Assembly (NCBI GenBank): GCA_037447605.1
Contig: CM074804.1
Location: 1,488,001-1,552,000 of the forward strand
Reading direction: 5' to 3'
Length of the DNA: 64,000 nt
From: Zygnema circumcarinatum SAG 698-1b
Lineage: Eukaryota; Plantae; Zygnematophyceae
Shown here: one piece after another, positions 60,204-64,000 of the stretch
Numbering within the stretch: position 1 is the stretch's first letter
Layout: the number at the start of each line of letters is the position of its first letter
The notes under the pieces: generated by a model
Told to the model about the DNA's origin: nothing
What the model saw: only the letters and a program-made list of their open reading frames with translations
Databases searched by the model: none
Made by a program: the position numbers and the translations under genes

Positions 60204-62551
60204 ATGGCTGCCATGGCTGCCTCCAGTATGGCCGCTTCTTTGGCGCCACGTCAGCATCCAGGACACGTGGCAGAACACAGAAATCTTGACCATTGCAATG
60301 GCAGCCAAGGCACAGCCACGTGGCGGGCCTGGAGCTCGCCACGTATGTCTCAAACCCGCCGTGTCTCCCCTCCCTCATTGCAAACCGCTCCAGGAAATTT
60401 TCGAACCCTAAAACCCATAAAACCTCTACGAACATTTGTCATCTGCTGCGCTGCGGAGGAAGCGGTCGGCGATTCTATGGAGGGCGGAGGGAGGGAAGCC
60501 ATGGCTGCCGTAGTGGGAGGGAGCGCGGAAGGAGCTCTGACTTCATGGCTGCTTGCGGAGCAGGGATGGAGGGTGGCGCTCTTCGATTGCCGGAAGTGGG
60601 GAGTGAAGGGATGGGAGGAGGGAGGGAGAGGCGGAGAGGGAGAGGGAGAGGGAGAGGGAGGAGCGTTTAGGGCTTCGAAAGGAGGAGGAGGAGGAAGAGC
60701 TTCTGCTGCCGCAGTTAGGGTTTCTGCGCTTGGGCTTTGGGTCATGGAGGAGGCGGGGGCGCTGCAGGAGGTCGCACTTGCAGCCTCTCCTTGCAGGGGG
60801 AGGATGAGCTGCACCGGTGGGTAAGTGAGAGGGAGGGAGGGAAAGGAAAAGTGTTCTAATTATAGGGTATGTTTTTTGAGTGTGGGTCAATTAGAAAGTG
60901 ACAATTTCGGAGGATTCTGGGCTTTTTTGTGGCAAAGCTATACATGTCAATGCTCACATTTGCGTTTCATGATTAATTGTCGCAATGTATGTGCAATACA
61001 TGTCTCCTTACATGCATGCATGCGACATAGAAAATACTTCACATGGATTCATTGATTGATCGACCATGCTCCAATTGTTTCTAAAGTATTCCACTCTCAT
61101 TCTTTTGCAGGAAAAGACACTCCGCCCCACTACCGTCCGTACAGATACCCACTCCTCACAATCTCCGAAAGTGAGCTCTCCTCCACTCTCCTCCGAGGAG
61201 CCCTCCAACGCTTTCCGTTGAACATCTCTCTCTACGACGGGGCCGACATGGAATCGGTAGACTTCGAGTCAGGCCGCCTCACATGGAAGCAGCCTGCGGA
61301 TTCAGTTACACGGAAACGGCAACTGGAAGCAGATGTCATTGTTGGAGCCGATGGGATGCAGTCGTGGGTGAGGGCAGAGATGGAGAAGAAAGCTGAAGGA
61401 TTCTCTGTCACTATGAGCTGCTTACCAGCAGGCAGAATGTTCAGGTAAGGGCGAGATATTCAGGGGAGAGAAAGAAGATAACAAGAAATGCAAACACCAC
61501 CCTTCATATTAAGGACGCAGAATCTCCTTAGTAAATGCTAAGTCTAGAAAAAGCTAAAATTTGCCTCTAAATTTCTTTTTATTTCCAACGCAGGCTTCAT
61601 GTTCCTGAGCATCTCCGTATGGACAAAACAAAGTCGGTCGGCTCAGTAGAACATCCTGAAGAACAGAGAACCGTTGGACGTAACGGAGAAAACAAAGACA
61701 TTAAAAAGAATCGAGATGAAACTAGTAATGGACAAAGAGCTTCTGGAGAGCATCAACTATTTGGAGCTTTTCAATTGGCGATAGTTCGACATGGAAAGGC
61801 TTTTTTAGGTCTTCCGTTCCGTGATGGAAGCATGGGAGCAACTGTGCACGGAATCCGGAGCCGGAAAGAAACCGAAGTGGCGGAGGAGATTGGAAACTGT
61901 TTTCCGGAGGTAAAGAGTTTAGGGTTTAGGGATTAGGGTTTATAGGTTAAGGAATTTGAAGTTTTGCTGGTGTTGGATTCTGGGGGCTTTAAGGTTCCCA
62001 AGCCTTTAAGAAGTCGATTTTTTACCTACGAAAATTAAATTTGCATTTGGTGTCATTGAAAACGTTGAAAGGGGGACATAAAATATTTACTTGTAAGGGA
62101 CCCCTGTGGGGGGGCAATGCAGCTCGGGGAACTTTTTTCGGGCAGCTACGAAAATAGCAAAAAAATGGCGGCAGCGGAGGAGCAGCAGCACTGCACTGTT
62201 CGGTGTTCGACCTTTCATTACAAGAAGACGGTGAGAGTTAGGCTGCTTAAGAATTAGGGTTCAGGAATCCTAGGGTTCGTGGTCTCATGGAATTAGAGTT
62301 CATGGTTCTCATGGATTTTAGGGTTCACCACTGTTGTTATCAGCTATTTGAAAGGGAGCGAGAGAGAAAGGGAGAGAGTTCAAGAAGAGGAGTGGAGAGA
62401 GCGAGAAAGTGAGGGAGGGGAGTCAGAAAGAAAAAAGGAAGACAAGCGAGACAAGATAGGGAAGAGAGAAGGGGTCAGGCGCGAGAGAGTGAGAGAAAGG
62501 GGGAAGAGATAGAAAAGGAATGGAGAGGCATCATATAGAGGGAGAGGCGAG

Positions 62552-62586
<35 letters not shown>

Positions 62587-63388
62587 TGAGGAGCCTCTTC
62601 TCGTTTAACTCTCTTGTTCAAACCGTCCTTTTGCCCTTATTCCATGAAAGACTCTGCAACCCTAAACCCTACTTTTCATGTGCAGGTTTTGATAGGAGAC
62701 GCAGCCCATGCAGTGCTCAATCTTTTGGGGCAGGGCCCCTCCCTTGCGCTGGAGGATGCTCTTATTCTTTCTCGCCTGCTTAAGATTAAGAGGGAGGGGC
62801 CGTCCAAAGCGGTTCAAGGAGAAGGGAGAACAATTTTAGAGGCCGGACCGGCGCGGCGGGCAGTTGCAGCTGCTCTGCCGAAATTTACGGCTGACCGGAA
62901 GTGGCAGGCAGACATAGCAGCAGGGCTCGGAGAGAAAGAGGCTCGAAGGAGGAGGTGGGTGACGGAAATATTCCGAAAAAAAAAGAAAGAGAGGACCTCT
63001 AACTTCCACATTCGAAAACCCTAACAAAAAGTTTAAAAATCTTACTAACCCTAAAAACCCTAAAAAAAATCAGCCTTTCGATTCTCACTCAAACTTGATT
63101 CCTTGTTTTCCTATTTTTTCGTGTCGCAGTTTTTTGTCTCGAGCTCAATATGAGTTCATGACCTCCATTTCCACGAAGCTCCCCATGTTCCGGCCATGGC
63201 AGGCCTCCATGAGCGCGACCAGAGCCTCCATGGCAGTCGTCGCCTTCTGGCGATCCATGGAGACAGTTCTGTTCCGTATTGCGTTGGCTCTGACGGGACT
63301 GGTTTTGGCTCTACGCGTTTTGTTCGGAGTGAGGAACATGTGGCGCCTTGTTCGCCGAGTTGTGGGCACAATGCAAGTGGGGTTTTAA
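60204..63388 (+). CDS. FAD-dependent monooxygenase, kynurenine 3-monooxygenase-like, with N-terminal extension and C-terminal hydrophobic helix, 6 exons
   Basis: AAVVGGSAEGALTSWLLAEQGWRVALFD, ADVIVGADGMQSWVR, TVRCSTFHY..|VLIGDAAHAVLNLLGQGPSLALED, and C-terminal RIALALTGLVLALRVLFGV. Confidence 0.82.
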
Positions 63389-64000
63389 AGTAGAGAACAA
63401 TGTCTGTGTTTGTGATGGCATGGACATGGGGGGGACATGTATGTGATTATGTGTGGTGGTTCTAAGGCATGGGACATACATAGAACATGGCATGGCATGG
63501 CATGGTATGGCATATGTGTGACATCATGGCACATGACTTGTGAGGACTTTGCGCATTTCTTCAAGAAAAACTGTATGCTATGAAGTAATCTTATTCCGTC
63601 AGATCAGGATTGGTTATGTGTAAAGTAAAGCTCTGGAGGCTTCATCGCTTTCATGTTTCAAAATATCTCTGATTGCGTTGTGAGGTGCTATCACCACCCT
63701 GTACAGCCGCCCTGCTGGGGCAGTTTGAAAGTCTACGTAAGTTCAAAAATAGACAGTTTCGAATTTTCACTCCTCTTTTTCTTTTTCCAGCACCCAACCC
63801 AATTGTGGGGTTAATTGTGAAATGTGAGAGAGAGGTGTAAAGTAGCTGTAAGTGAGCTGCAACTGAAGTTCGATCGTGCATGCACGCATGTCCCCATTCA
63901 GACGAGCATCGCCAGAGGGCGGTCCCTTCATTCTGAAGGCGAGGGAGGGAGGGCGCTGCCATGGGGCTGCATTTCAGGCTCCGCAAAGCGAGAGCTTCAG

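Noticed and set aside
63651-64000. Minus-strand ORF at the window edge
   Set aside because: It may be the 3' end of the next gene, but nothing is recognisable and it is truncated by the window.

Overview
Gene-dense eukaryotic nuclear DNA from a green-plant lineage, most likely a streptophyte alga and possibly Zygnematophyceae. That assignment is an inference from plant-type RPL17, PAC2 and ACH2, a degenerate DUO1-like MYB, bacterial-type families such as M32 and DUF924, telo-box motifs and GA/CT-rich spliceosomal introns. I can assemble 13 protein-coding genes by hand: PAC2, a small basic protein, an M32 carboxypeptidase, a divergent Ran, a SIRT7-like sirtuin, a coiled-coil protein, METTL23-like, RPL17, DUF924, a cNMP-domain acyl-CoA thioesterase II, a DUO1-like R2R3-MYB, a plant unknown protein and an FAD monooxygenase. 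The window also holds an orphan CDP-DAG synthase exon and an intronic C/D snoRNA. The most unusual features are three. (1) An intact 455-bp TRIM retroelement whose LTRs carry a tRNA-derived Pol III-like module, a possible tRNA analogue of 5S-carrying Cassandra elements. (2) A 5.1-kb TIR-bounded foldback element with CTG/CAG arms carrying four bacterial-type tRNA-Cys-like units. (3) An intact Ran paralogue with the catalytic Gln replaced by Val and no acidic tail, inside an apparently duplicated block. There are six 10-N gaps and one 1.28-kb duplication that is probably an assembly artefact. Most long ORFs in the supplied track are simple-repeat artefacts. Comparisons with known proteins and RNAs are from memory, not from database searches.
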